This document shows, piece by piece, positions 19,206 to 29,539 of a stretch of 29,539 nucleotides of DNA (its first letter is position 1; each line of letters opens with the position of its first letter). The DNA is from Macrostomum lignano (taxonomy: Eukaryota), in NCBI GenBank assembly GCA_002269645.1, contig NIVC01001314.1:1-29539 (forward strand). The letters are read 5' to 3'. Below the pieces are notes generated by a model, which was given only the letters and a program-made list of their open reading frames with translations, did not search any database and was not told where the DNA came from. The translations under genes were made by a program, and so were the position numbers.

Positions 19206-19523
19206 TCATCATGATGTACACATAGGTGTAGCCGCCACTGCTGGCCCCAGCGCAGTACTGATACGAGCCCGTGCCGCACGGCTTCATGCAGTTGGCCAGG
19301 ATCTCGGCTGGGTCTGTGATTGGCTGGAAATTCTCCAGCATTTCGTCGTCGCTCAGGCAGGTGCAGGAGGCGCCTTCGACAATCGCCGAGTCAGCCAGAC
19401 GGTGGGTGCAGGTTCTGAGGCACTCCTGCAGAGTTCCGGTGCGCAAGCTGAATGTGTTGTCGGGCTGCTTGAGCTGGTTGGCCAGGCTGCTGCTGTACTT
19501 GTGGCAGCCCCGGTGGTGGCTCC
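19206..19523 (-). CDS. Host gene exon: WSC domain
   Basis: ggcag acceptor and GTGAG donor, phase 1-1 (318 nt); HRGCHK...TLQECLRTC...AIVEGASCTCLS...CMKPCG...YCAG...YVY. Confidence 0.85.
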
Positions 19524-19689
19524 CTGCCAAATTTAGTGCGAATCATTTTAGAACCCACGATGGCATTGTCATTGCTTGCCTATCACGCGGCTAAGTTGGA
19601 ACTGTGACTTTCGGTGCTGTGATGCTATCCGACTTACAGGCCCCAGCAGGCCTGTAAGCTGTTTTAACCAAAGAATAGTCTGTGGTTTT

Positions 19690-20250
19690 AATATAGCTTC
19701 TTGCAGCCCATTTGAGCTCACACGCATTGGTTTTAATCCAAGATACGTTTGCCAATGTAACGGAGCTTTCGTCTATGGTAGCAAGCCTGGCGTCAGCAGG
19801 ATTTAATTTGGTCCATAGCGGCTCCATAGTTTCAGCCTAAGATTTTCATTTAGACGTGACTGCCACAGGCAGTAGGGACAAAAGCAATGCTTCATAATTG
19901 CAACTGCTGCGGAAGAGGAAGATCGGTCTCAAAATCGTGCATGGACCTGATGCTGGACTTTCGAACGAACGCCAAGGGCTTGTGATTGAAGCGGTGTTTT
20001 GACCATGCTAAAATGCTCTTAGCTTTTGCTATAGTTGAGCAGATTGAATTTTTATGTCACCTTGTATTGGTAACATTGAAATTTGCTCAACTAAATCGCA
20101 TTGCACAGCTGTAACACCTGATTGGGTTTCACGGCCGCCATGGACCAAATTAGATGCTGCTGTAAGACGAAAGCTACATTACTTTGGCAAACATATCTTG
20201 GATTAAATTCAATTCGTTAAGCCCACAAGTGGGCTGAAAAAAGCTATATT
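19690..20250. repeat. Degenerate inverted repeat pair (MITE/foldback-like)
   Basis: The reverse complement of 19690-19821 aligns by eye to 20135-20250 (atggaccaaatta...agacgaaagct...ggcaaac.tatcttggattaaa...gggctg...aagctatatt). Confidence 0.7.
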
Positions 20251-20381
20251 GCAGATGAGGTACCTCAGTGTCTGTTTGTCATTACCAGGCCAAAACATAC
20301 GCGACAGCGGGAAATCAGTAAGTTAAGTCAATACGCATTGGTGAGCCATAAAAGCAACAATAATCCATTACCGAAACGCAC

Positions 20382-20642
20382 TTTTTACACAAAAGAACTT
20401 CCTCCGCGTGGTGTCCGAACACGCTGTGCGGTTGGCGTGGACTTTGACACCGTAGTGCGTGTCAAGGCCAAGGTAGAAACAGTTTCGAGCTAGCAGCTCC
20501 TCAGCGGTCATGGTACTGGAGAACTTTTCATAGTTGCTTCCAGCAGGCATGACGCTCCCGTCAAGCAGCTGAGGAAGCAGCTCAATCCAGCTGTGAACGC
20601 CAATGTTGAGCTCTTTTCGGCTTACAAAATAGTGAGTCCAGT
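20382..20642 (-). CDS. Host gene exon: C-type lectin-like domain, C-terminal half
   Basis: ttgcag acceptor, phase 1-1 (261 nt); SWIEL...DGSV...NYEKF...NCFYL...TACSDTTRRKFFCVK. Confidence 0.75.
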
Positions 20643-20722
20643 CTGCAATTTTTAATGGTGTTGACTGAGCGACTATGCCAAGCGCCTAAACTAGCATTCA
20701 GTTTCATAAACCTGAGATGTCT

Positions 20723-21049
20723 GACTCTGAGACGGTGTGTGGTCAAATAGCAGTTTATTTGAAAAATCGCTATTGATCTTTTGAGCTTGTAAGTGTACGC
20801 TAGCTTCTCTGCTAAGCTTTGCCATAGACGGAGGCCATAGAAAATCTTTTGCGTAAGAAAAATGACAGAGCATGCATAGACTCTGAGACTGATCTAACGT
20901 TAAAATTTCTTATGGACCATAGCAGCTGCATAGTTAAGAAACCGTCAATGACCTGCAAGTTTGAAGAAGAAATTCGTCTTCGGATCATCCAGTGCTATTA
21001 CCGAAATTTTTCAAATAAACTGGTATTTGACCACACATGTCTCAGAGTC
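20723..21049. repeat. Short inverted repeat pair (about 47 bp)
   Basis: gactctgagacggtgtgtggtcaaatagcagtttatttgaaaa (20723-20766) vs the reverse complement of 21002-21049. Confidence 0.75.
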
Positions 21050-21934
21050 TATGCTCCTTAAGATTTTTTAAAGCAAAATATTGACTATGGCAGCTGTGTA
21101 TGGCAAAGCTTGGCAGAAAAGACACTTCTGTGCTCAATAACTCGCCTCTGGAGCAATTTTTCGCAACCAAATGTTTGTGGGAAAAACTTACAAATGTTTA
21201 CTGTGGACCTGTTAAATTACTGTGCTAGGCCTAACTGCTAACTCACAGTGAGCGCACAAAGTGTTACCCTTTTTTTTGGGACACCCGTTATAAGCATTCT
21301 TAAGCAGTATTAAGCCAAGGAGTTCTATAATTAGCAACCTGGAATGGAAACAAGTTTTTCAGTTTTACCTCGAGGCCAGACTAGCATAGACAGAGCCATG
21401 ACATTCAGTGCTGGCTCCTTGTTCTTTACAATTGGCGTGGCCTCATGAGGTAAAACTCGTTTCCGCTCTAGATTGCTAATCATAGAACTCCTGGACTTAA
21501 GCTTTACTTTCGAAATATACAAGTTGTAAAAACTTATATGCATAAGAGTTTTTTATTTATTGAAGTCGGCCATAGATAATTGCAGCGGGCGGGCTGCCGT
21601 CTTTAAAGAATAAAAATGATAAAATGATTCATCCATGGCTGCCCTGCATTTCACCCCGTTTCAACAGCCTGGGCTAACTATAACTGTCTATGCCAATTTT
21701 AGGGTTAGTGAAGGCTAGGGTTCATGAAATCGGATTGCCAGCAGTTCAGTATATTGAAATTTCGAATATGTGAAAGGAAACCTTGTAGAAAAATAGGTGT
21801 GCTATCCAAATGTCTATCCAATACTGGCATAAGTTCTGCTTTAAAAGGTTGCAATAGACCTGATCTCTACATTAAAGGCGTAGTAGTTTGAAGATCAATA
21901 GAATGACAGTTTTTATTCAAATGGAAGCACTCAC

Positions 21935-22117
21935 ACTTGAAGAAGTGCTCCTTCATGATGTCCAACTCATTTTCGTCCATGGGAAACCAAAGCACGGAGT
22001 TCTGATGGGCGCAGAGCTCGGCGGAGCCGGTCCAGGCCAGCATGTCGGTGCTGCGCAGGTAGGGCGCGTAGCAGGAGCCGCGGTAGCCGAACCAGCCCGG
22101 GCTGCAGGGGGTGCCGT
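21935..22117 (-). CDS. Host gene exon: C-type lectin-like domain, N-terminal half
   Basis: Not in the ORF track. cctttcctcccag acceptor and GTGAGT donor, phase 1-1 (183 nt); DGTPCSPGWFGYRGSCYAPYLRSTDMLAWTGSAELCAHQNSVLWFPMDENELDIMKEHFFK. Confidence 0.85.
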
Positions 22118-22202
22118 CTGGGAGGAAAGGGTTTGATAAAGCTTTACTTATTATAGGGGTAGCTCAAATCCCCTGAGTTGTGTATACCATCTGGTCTAAG
22201 AA

Positions 22203-22490
22203 TAAGTTTTAGCCTAGTGGTTAGAGCGTCTAATTCACGACTGAAAGGTCGGGGGTTCGATTCTCGACACACCCAGAGCAATTGTGCCCTTGAGCAAGAC
22301 AGTTGCTTCAGTTCACCCAGCTGTAAAATGGGTACTAGCATTAGCTGGGGTAACTGAGGCTGTGTGTGGCGACCCCAGGTCCATGGACTGAACAGCTGTA
22401 AGCAGCCTTCAGATGCGCTGCGCAATAGCTGCGGCTGAGCTGCCGGTTGCACATCTGCCCATTAGGGCAGGTGTAATCAATTATTATTAT
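22203..22490 (+). mobile_element. tRNA-derived SINE with CORE (MIR-like) domain
   Basis: A box tagcctagtgg (22210-22220), B box ggttcgattc (22254-22263), tgtgcccttgagcaag...cttcagttcacccagctgtaaaatggg (CORE-like), (TTA)n tail. Confidence 0.85.
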
Positions 22491-22526
22491 GTTTTTTAGT
22501 CTAATAAGCGTTTGATCGAATTACCT

Positions 22527-22654
22527 GCTGCAGGGACCTGGGGTTTCAGCCATGAATTGCATCGTTATTATCCCGTGTCATTTGTAGGAGCTGCAGGGAC
22601 CTGGGGTTTCAGCCATGAATTGCATCGTTATTATCCCGTGTCATTTGTAAGAGC
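22527..22654. repeat. 63-bp tandem duplication
   Basis: gctgcagggacctggggtttcagccatgaattgcatcgttattatcccgtgtcatttgta repeated with period 63. Confidence 0.95.
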
Positions 22655-22751
22655 TAAACCAATTCATTATTTATTAAGGAGTTCGATAAATTTGATGGCC
22701 CCGCTTGCGTTCCTGTCAAACTGAGCTGCTCAAAGTAGTTCGGAAGCTTAC

Positions 22752-23159
22752 CGATCATGCTGCAGAAAACTCTTGTTCCACTATCAGGGGCCGTGGAGGT
22801 GTTAAAGGTGCCTGTCAACTGGTAGAAGTTGCTCTCGTAGACATCCGCATCTTCCTGCTGCTCCTTGCACGAGCGGAACTTTTTCACCTGCGTGGCCAGC
22901 GTGAAGATGTTGTAAATGCTGCCCGCTCCTCCGCAACTCTCGTTTGATGCTCGGCACTCGAAGTTGCACTGAGCCGCGGCACCTGACTGGCGTTGAATGA
23001 CGTCACTCAGGCAGGTGCACGTGACGTTGCGGATCATAGCGTACAGGCTGCTGGGGAAGGCCTTGCAGTAGGACTTGCAGGCGGCTGAGCTGAGCAGCTG
23101 CATGGTGGTCTCATCCACCACGAGGAGCGGCGGGATCGATGCGACAGAGTAGCAGCCGT
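22752..23159 (-). CDS. Host gene exon: WSC domain plus fibrinogen-like N-terminal motif
   Basis: ctttgcag acceptor and GTAAG donor, phase 1-1 (408 nt); DGCY...ACKSYC...VTCTCLS...CNFEC...SCGG...NIF, then RSCKE...FYQL...RVFCSM. Confidence 0.85.
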
Positions 23160-23440
23160 CTGCAAAGAGCAGCGAACGCTTCTTAAGCAAGTGCTACAGA
23201 ATAACTTAGCAATAAGCATTGTTAACGGAGCGCATTCTGAAAGCCTATGGACTTCTGTGCATCCCAATAAATAAATAATTTAAAATATCAGCATATTAGC
23301 TCTTACTAGCTAGTATCAGTTTTATCTAAAAAAGGTTAAGATTTTTTTCTGCGGGTCAAAAGTTAACTTTTTGGCTTTGAACCAATCACTTTCCAGACTA
23401 ACTCTGCCCAACGCTGCATGCAACAAGCGGGCGCCCTCAC

Positions 23441-24135
23441 CAAACGAGTCGTACACAGAGAAGAAGCCCCAGGGCCCGCTGTCAGCCGTGGCATTTCCGC
23501 CACAGAACTCGGACGCGTTGCACAGCGACAGGCAGCGAAAGTTCCTGGCCTCCAGCAAGCCCCGGCTCAGCACGAACGGAATCGTCTCGTTGGACTCCTG
23601 GTCGGGAACGATGCCAGTGAGGTTCAGGCTGAAGCAGTAGCAGCTGCTGTAGTTGGCGGCGGCCATTTGGAATTTCTGGGTGTAGCAGGCCCGCCTGCAG
23701 TCGCTGACTGACATCGGGGCTGGGAGGCTGCTTTGCAGATGAGTGCTTGAGCCGCTCAGCCGTTCCAAGATTTCAGGCCACGTGAAGCAGCCGCGATAAT
23801 AGGACTGGTCTGCGGTGGAGCGGATTGGGTAATGGGACTGGTCTGCGGTGGAGTGAATTGGGTAATGGGACTGTTCTGAGTTGGAGCGGATTGGGTAATG
23901 GGACTGGTCTGAGTTGGAGCGGATTGGGTAATGGGACTATTCTGAGTTGGAGTGGATTGGGTAATGGGACTGGTCTGCGGTGGAGCGGATTGGGTAATGG
24001 GACTGGTCTGAGTTGGAGCGGATTGGGTAATGGGACTGGTCTGAGTTGGAGCGGATTGGGTAATGGGACTGATCTGCGTTGGAGCGGATTGGGTAATGGG
24101 ACTGGTCTGCGGTGAAGCGGTGGAGTGGAGTAGTC
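23441..24135 (-). CDS. Host gene exon: PTS/mucin-like repeat plus WSC domain (alternative acceptor at 23809 would skip the repeat)
   Basis: YYRGCF...MSVSDCRRAC...AAANYSSCYC...CLSLC...FCGG...FSVYD; GTGAG donor at 23440. Upstream acceptor tcctttttttctgctcc...tgtag at 24136 gives (TSPITQSAPTQ)x9 and needs one added C at about 23802. Confidence 0.8.
23802..24120. repeat. 33-bp minisatellite, about 9.6 copies
   Basis: Unit ggactggtctg(a/c)g(t/g)tggagcggattgggtaatg starting at 23802, 23835, 23868, 23901, 23934, 23967, 24000, 24033, 24066 and 24099. Confidence 0.97.
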
Positions 24136-24309
24136 CTACAGCGATACAGGAGCAGAAAAAAAGGACTCAAGACTGACCTTCCCTAATCGCTACAACTCAA
24201 CCTTGCCGAATGACGAATACCGACCGAATAATCTATCCTCGCCTCGTAGCGAACTACTAATTCTGTGTAAACTGTTTATTTGTTTATTTAAACCCCTGTC
24301 GTTGCTAAC

Positions 24310-24359
24310 CATGCGGGAAAATCACCCCTTCTTCGGCAGGGGACGAACAGTTATGACAT
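24310..24359 (-). CDS. Host gene micro-exon (50 nt)
   Basis: ttttacag acceptor, phase 2 in and phase 1 out (GTTAG donor); KCHNCSSPAEEGVIFPH reconciles the phases of the flanking exons. Confidence 0.55.
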
Positions 24360-24643
24360 CTGTAAAATAGACACATATAAATCCCAAATCCCAAATCCTG
24401 AATTCTTAATCCCGGATCCCCAATCCCAAATTCTTAATCCCGGATCTTATATCGCGGATCCCAAACTGCACTGGAATATTTCAATGTACTTACATTGGCA
24501 CGTGTTCAAGTCGATTGCAGTAGTAAAGTTTAAGTTTTGTGTCCAAATCATTGTACGAATCCTGAATAAAAATACGCGGGCTAAGGCTTATTCCGGTGTC
24601 CAGTCTAAAAGATGACGTTATGAGTAAATGTACATTTCCTTAC

Positions 24644-24884
24644 TTTCTGTTCCAGTCAAACGAGTTCCTGCATTCGTTTTCGATTTCCTGGTCGAATCGC
24701 CGTCCCTTGTAGCCGCTCAGGCAGCGAAAGCGCACCGAGAAGCCGTCAACGACCTCCTGCCTGTCAGCTGTTGGCGCCGGGGAGATAAGCCAGGACTGTG
24801 GGCCCGGCTGCGCGTGCTGCGTCCAGCAAAGCGGAGCTGGCGGAGGAGGAATCTCGGTTGAATGAATTTTTTTCAACTTCAAGA
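24644..24884 (-). CDS. Host gene exon: Sushi/CCP-like domain
   Basis: ttgtccag acceptor and GTAAGG donor (241 nt, phase 1-2); LCW...VDGFSVRFRCLSGY...ENECRNSFDW. Confidence 0.75.
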
Positions 24885-24982
24885 CTGGACAATAAAGCGG
24901 GTTAGCTAATTTGCAGTTTTCTATGCAAATGCATTGACAAGATACGAAATTATCAGCTTTTCCAATTCACTGTACCCTTGTA

Positions 24983-25195
24983 TTGTATTTGAGCAAGACA
25001 CTGACTCTGCATTGCTTCAGTTCACCCAGCTGTACAATGGGTGCCAGCATTAGCTGGGGTAATTGAGGGTGTGTGTGGCGACCCCAGTCCTTAAAATGAA
25101 CAGGCTGAGCTGTCGGTTGCACATCTGGCCGTTAGGGCAGGAGTAGTCTATTATTATATATTATTATTATATGACTATTATGATTATTATTACTT
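24983..25195 (+). mobile_element. 5'-truncated copy of the same CORE-SINE
   Basis: ttgagcaagac...gcttcagttcacccagctgta.aatgggt..agcattagctggggtaa...gtgtgtggcgacccc...ggctgagctg.cggttgcacatctg..ttagggcagg plus a (TAT)n tail, matching 22289-22490. Confidence 0.88.
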
Positions 25196-25272
25196 CTACT
25201 ACAACTGCAGTCTCTACAGAAATTTCACACACGTTCACACAGTCCCAGCAAATTTATAGTTGGCATAATTAC

Positions 25273-25564
25273 CTTCGCAGTGGGGAGCGCGACAGTCTCT
25301 GTGTGCTAGAATGGCGTTGACACTAGAACCGATTATCCAATGCATAGTAAGTCGCTCTCCAGGTACCACCAGAGGTGCACACCAGCCTAGCTCGCGCTGA
25401 ACCGAAGACAGAGGGCCACGGCCTGTAGAAATCTAAGTTCGGGTTCGAGCAGTTCACCTCTATGGTCGCTCCGGTCGTGAAGTTGAAGGTGGAGTTCAGG
25501 CCCGGGTTCAGTATCGCGTACGAGTGCGTGGGGTCGAACTGCGGCTCCTGGGGACACGTGATCA
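25273..25564 (-). CDS. Host gene exon: Sushi/CCP-like domain (1 frameshift)
   Basis: cctgttccag acceptor; ITCPQEP...GATIEVNCSNP...ARLVCTSGGTW, then after a shift near 25335 DCRAPHCE and GTAATT donor (phase 1). Confidence 0.7.
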
Positions 25565-25662
25565 CTGGAACAGGTGGGGCGGGTTCTGAGTCACTGCGGC
25601 ACTAAATTTGCACACGTGAAAATACGCAGTTTTCATGCTTTTCTCGCTCAAAGTTCCGCGTA

Positions 25663-28600
25663 CTAATCAGCACATTAATCAGCACACTAATCAGCACACT
25701 AATCAGCACACTAATCAGCACATTAATCAGCACACTAATCAGCACACTAATCAGCACACTAATCAGCACACTAATCAGCACACTAATCAGCACACCAATC
25801 AGCACACTAATCAGCACACCAATCAGCACACCAATCAGCACACTAATCAGCACACCAATCAGCACACCAATCAGCACACTAATCAGCACATTAATCAGCA
25901 CACTAATCAGCACACTAATCAGCACACCAATCAGCACACTAATCAGCACACCAATCAGCACACTAATCAGCACACCAATCAGCACACTAATCAGAACACT
26001 AATCAGCACACCAATCAGCACACTAATCAGCACACCAATCAGCACACCAATCAGCACACTAATCAGCACACCAATCAGCACACCAATCAGCACACTAATC
26101 AGCACACCAATCAGCACACTAATCAGCAACACTAATCAGCACACCAATCAGCACACTAATCAGCACACCAATCAGCACACTAATCAGCACACACTAATCA
26201 GCACACTAATCAGCACACTAATCAGCACACTAATCAGCACACAATCAGCACACTAATCAGCACACAATCAGCACACAATCAGCACACTAATCAGCACACA
26301 CTAATCAGCACACCAATCAGCACACTAATCAGCACACTAATCAGCACACTAACAGCACTGCAATCAGCACACTAATCAGCACACCAATCAGCACACCAAT
26401 CAGCACACTAACAGCACACAATCAGCACACAATCAGCACACTAATCAGCACACTAATCAGCACACCAATCAGCACACTAATCAGCACACTAATCAGCACA
26501 CCAATCAGCACACTAATCAGCACACTAATCAGCACACCAATCAGCACATCAATCAGCACACTAATCAGCACACCAATCAGCACACAATCAGCACACCAAT
26601 CAGCACACCAATCAGCACACTAATCAGCACACTAATCAGCACACAATCAGCACACTAATCAGACACTAATCAGCACACCAATCAGCACACAATCAGCACA
26701 CTAATCAGCACACAATCAGCACACTAATCAGCACACCAAAGCACACTAATCAGCACACTAATCAGCACACAATCAGCACACTAATCAGCACACCAATCAG
26801 CACACTAATCCGCACACCAATCAGCACACAATCAGCACACTAATCAGCACACTAATCAGCACACTAATCAGCACACACTAATCAGCACACCAATCAGCAC
26901 ACTAATCAGCACACTAATCAGCACACTAATCAGCACACCAATCAGCACACTAATCAGCACACTAATCAGCACACCAATCAGCACACTAATCAGCACACTA
27001 ATCAGCACACTAATCAGCACACTAATCAGCACACTAATCAGCACACCAATCAGCACACAAATCAGCACACTAATCAGCACACTAATCAGCACACCAATCA
27101 GCACACAAATCAGCACACTAATCAGCACACTAATCAGCACACCAATCAGCACACAATCAGCACACTAATCAGCACACAATCAGCACATCAATCAGTACAC
27201 TAATCAGCACACTAATCAGCACACCAATCAGCACACACCAATCAGCACACTAATCAGCACACTAATCAGCACACCAATCCAGCACACCATCAGCACACTA
27301 CTAATCAGCACACCAATCAGCACAATAATCAGCACACTAATCAGCACACCAATCAGCACACAATCAGTACACTAATCAAGCACACCAATCAGCACACTAA
27401 CCAGCACACTCAAAACAGCACACTGAATCAGCACACTAACAGCACACCAATCAGCACACTAATCAGCACACCAATCAGTCACACACTAATGCACACTCAA
27501 TCAGCACACACTAATCAGCACACCAATCAGCACACTAATCAGCACACTAATCAGCACACCAATCAGCACACTAATCAGCACACAATCAGCACACTAAATC
27601 AGCACACCAATCAGCACACTAATCAGACACTAACACACACAATCAGCACACTAATCAGCACACTAATCAGCACACTAATCAATCAGCACACTAATCAGCA
27701 CACTAATCAGCACACTAACCAGCACTGCAATCAGCACACTAACCAGCACACCAATCAGCACACCAATCAGCACACTAACCAGCACACCAATCAGCACACC
27801 AATCAGCACACTAATCAGCATACTAATCAGCACACCAATCAGCACACTAATCAGAACACTAATCAGCACACCAATCAGCACATCAATCAGTACACTAATC
27901 AGCACACCAATCAGCACACTAACAGCACACCAACAGCACATAACCAGCACACTAACCAGCACACCAATCAGCACACCCTAATCAGCACACCCTAATCAGC
28001 ACACACTAATCAGCACACCAATCAGCACACACTAATCCGCACACCAATCAGCACACCAATCAGCACACACTAATCAGCAACACTAATCAGCACACCTAAT
28101 CAGCACACACTAATCAGCACACAATCAGCACACCCTAATCAGCACACAAATCAGCACACAAATCAGCACACTAATCAGCACACTAATCAGCACACTAATC
28201 AGCCACACCAATCAGCACCACTAATCAGCACACTAATCAGCACACTAATCAGCACACTAATCAGCACACCAATCAGCACACCAATCAGCACACACTAATC
28301 AGCACACTAATCAGCACACCAATCAGCACACACCAATCAGCACACCAATCAGCACACTAATCAGCACACCAATCAGCACACACCAATCAGCACACTAATC
28401 AGCACACTAATCAGCACACCAATCAGCACACTAATCAGAACACTAATCAGCACACACAATCAGCACATCAATCAGTACACTAATCAGCACCACAATCAGC
28501 ACACTAACCAGCACACCAAACAGCACACTAATCAGCACACTAACCAGCACACCAATCAGCACACCCTAATCAGCACCCTAATCAGCACACACTAATCAGC

Positions 28601-29539
28601 ACCAATCAGCACACACTAATCCGCCACACCAATCAGCACACTAATCAGCACAACAATCAGCACACCAATCAGCACACTAATCAGCACACCAATCAGCACA
28701 CTAATCAGCACACCAATCAGCCACACTAATCAGAACACTAATCAGCACACCAATCAGCACACTAATCAGCACACAATCAGCACACCAATCAGCACACTAA
28801 TCAGCACACTAATCAGCACACCAATCAGCACACTAATCAGCACACCAAATCAGCACACTAATCAGAACACTAATCAGACACCAATCAGCACACTAATCAG
28901 CACACCAATCAGCACACTAATCAGCACACCAATCAGCACACTAATCAGCACACTAATCAGCACACTAACCAGCACTGCAATCAGCACACTTAACCAGCAC
29001 ACCAATCAGCACACAATCAGCCACTAACCAGCACACCAATCAGCACACCAATCAGCACACTAATCAGCACACTAATCAGCACACCAATCAGCACACTAAT
29101 CAGAACACTAATCAGCACACCAATCAGCACATCAATCAGTACACTAATCAGCACACCAATCAGCACACTAACCAGCACACCAAACAGCACACTAACCAGC
29201 ACACAAACCAGCACACCAATCAGCACACCCTAATCAGCACACACCTAATCAGCAACACACTAAATCAGCACACCAATCAGCACACACTAATCCGCACACC
29301 AATCAGCACACCAATCAGCACACACTAATCAGCACACACTAATCAGCACACCCTAATCAGCACACACTAATCAGCACACCAATCAGCACACCCTAATCAG
29401 CACACAAATCAGCACACAAATCAGCACACTAATCAGCACACTAATCAGCACACTAATCAGCACACCAATCAGCACACTAATCAGCACACTAAAATCAGCA
29501 CACTAATCAGCACACTAATCAGCACACCAATCAGCACAC
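25663..29539. repeat. 12-bp satellite (aatcagcacac[t/c])n, more than 3.8 kb, runs off the window
   Basis: Continuous array; clean to about 26130, then frequent 1-2 bp indels; recurring variant blocks define a 600-700 bp higher-order unit. Confidence 0.98.

Noticed and set aside
22203-22275. tRNA gene
   Set aside because: A and B boxes are present, but there is no complete cloverleaf and the sequence continues into a SINE body shared with 24983-25195.
23802-24120. Regular repeats as a CRISPR array
   Set aside because: No unique spacers, no cas genes, eukaryotic context; the same applies to the other arrays.
25602-29226. ORFs encoding (QHTN)n / (VLIS)n
   Set aside because: Artefacts of the 12-bp satellite, whose unit is a multiple of 3; frames break randomly with indels.

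Overview
Eukaryotic (invertebrate, possibly flatworm-like) genomic DNA in two parts. (1) About 1-15749: a Maverick/Polinton-like endogenous virus. It carries protein-primed PolB on the + strand and a tightly packed block of 11 minus-strand genes: tandem PC4-like protein, chromodomain integrase, minor capsid, basic core protein, major capsid, adenain-like protease, packaging ATPase, two conserved hypotheticals, a DEDD-like protein and a TATA-binding protein (TBP) homolog. It ends in a candidate right terminus (...ACTACT at 15749) preceded by duplicated palindromes; the left terminus is not in the window. About 11 frameshifts break its genes. Nearly all are repaired by restoring one base to a short homopolymer, and I saw no internal nonsense codons, so the element may be intact in vivo. 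The most notable feature is that the element encodes homologs of two RNA polymerase II general factors (TBP and PC4) and has TATA boxes ahead of its transcription blocks. (2) About 15750-29539: the 3' part of a minus-strand multi-exon host gene for a modular extracellular protein (Sushi-Sushi-PTS repeat-WSC-WSC-C-type lectin-WSC-F5/8C). Its introns hold CORE-type SINEs, inverted repeats and a satellite of more than 3.8 kb with a 12-bp unit and higher-order structure. Family assignments come from motif recognition only; no database searches were run.
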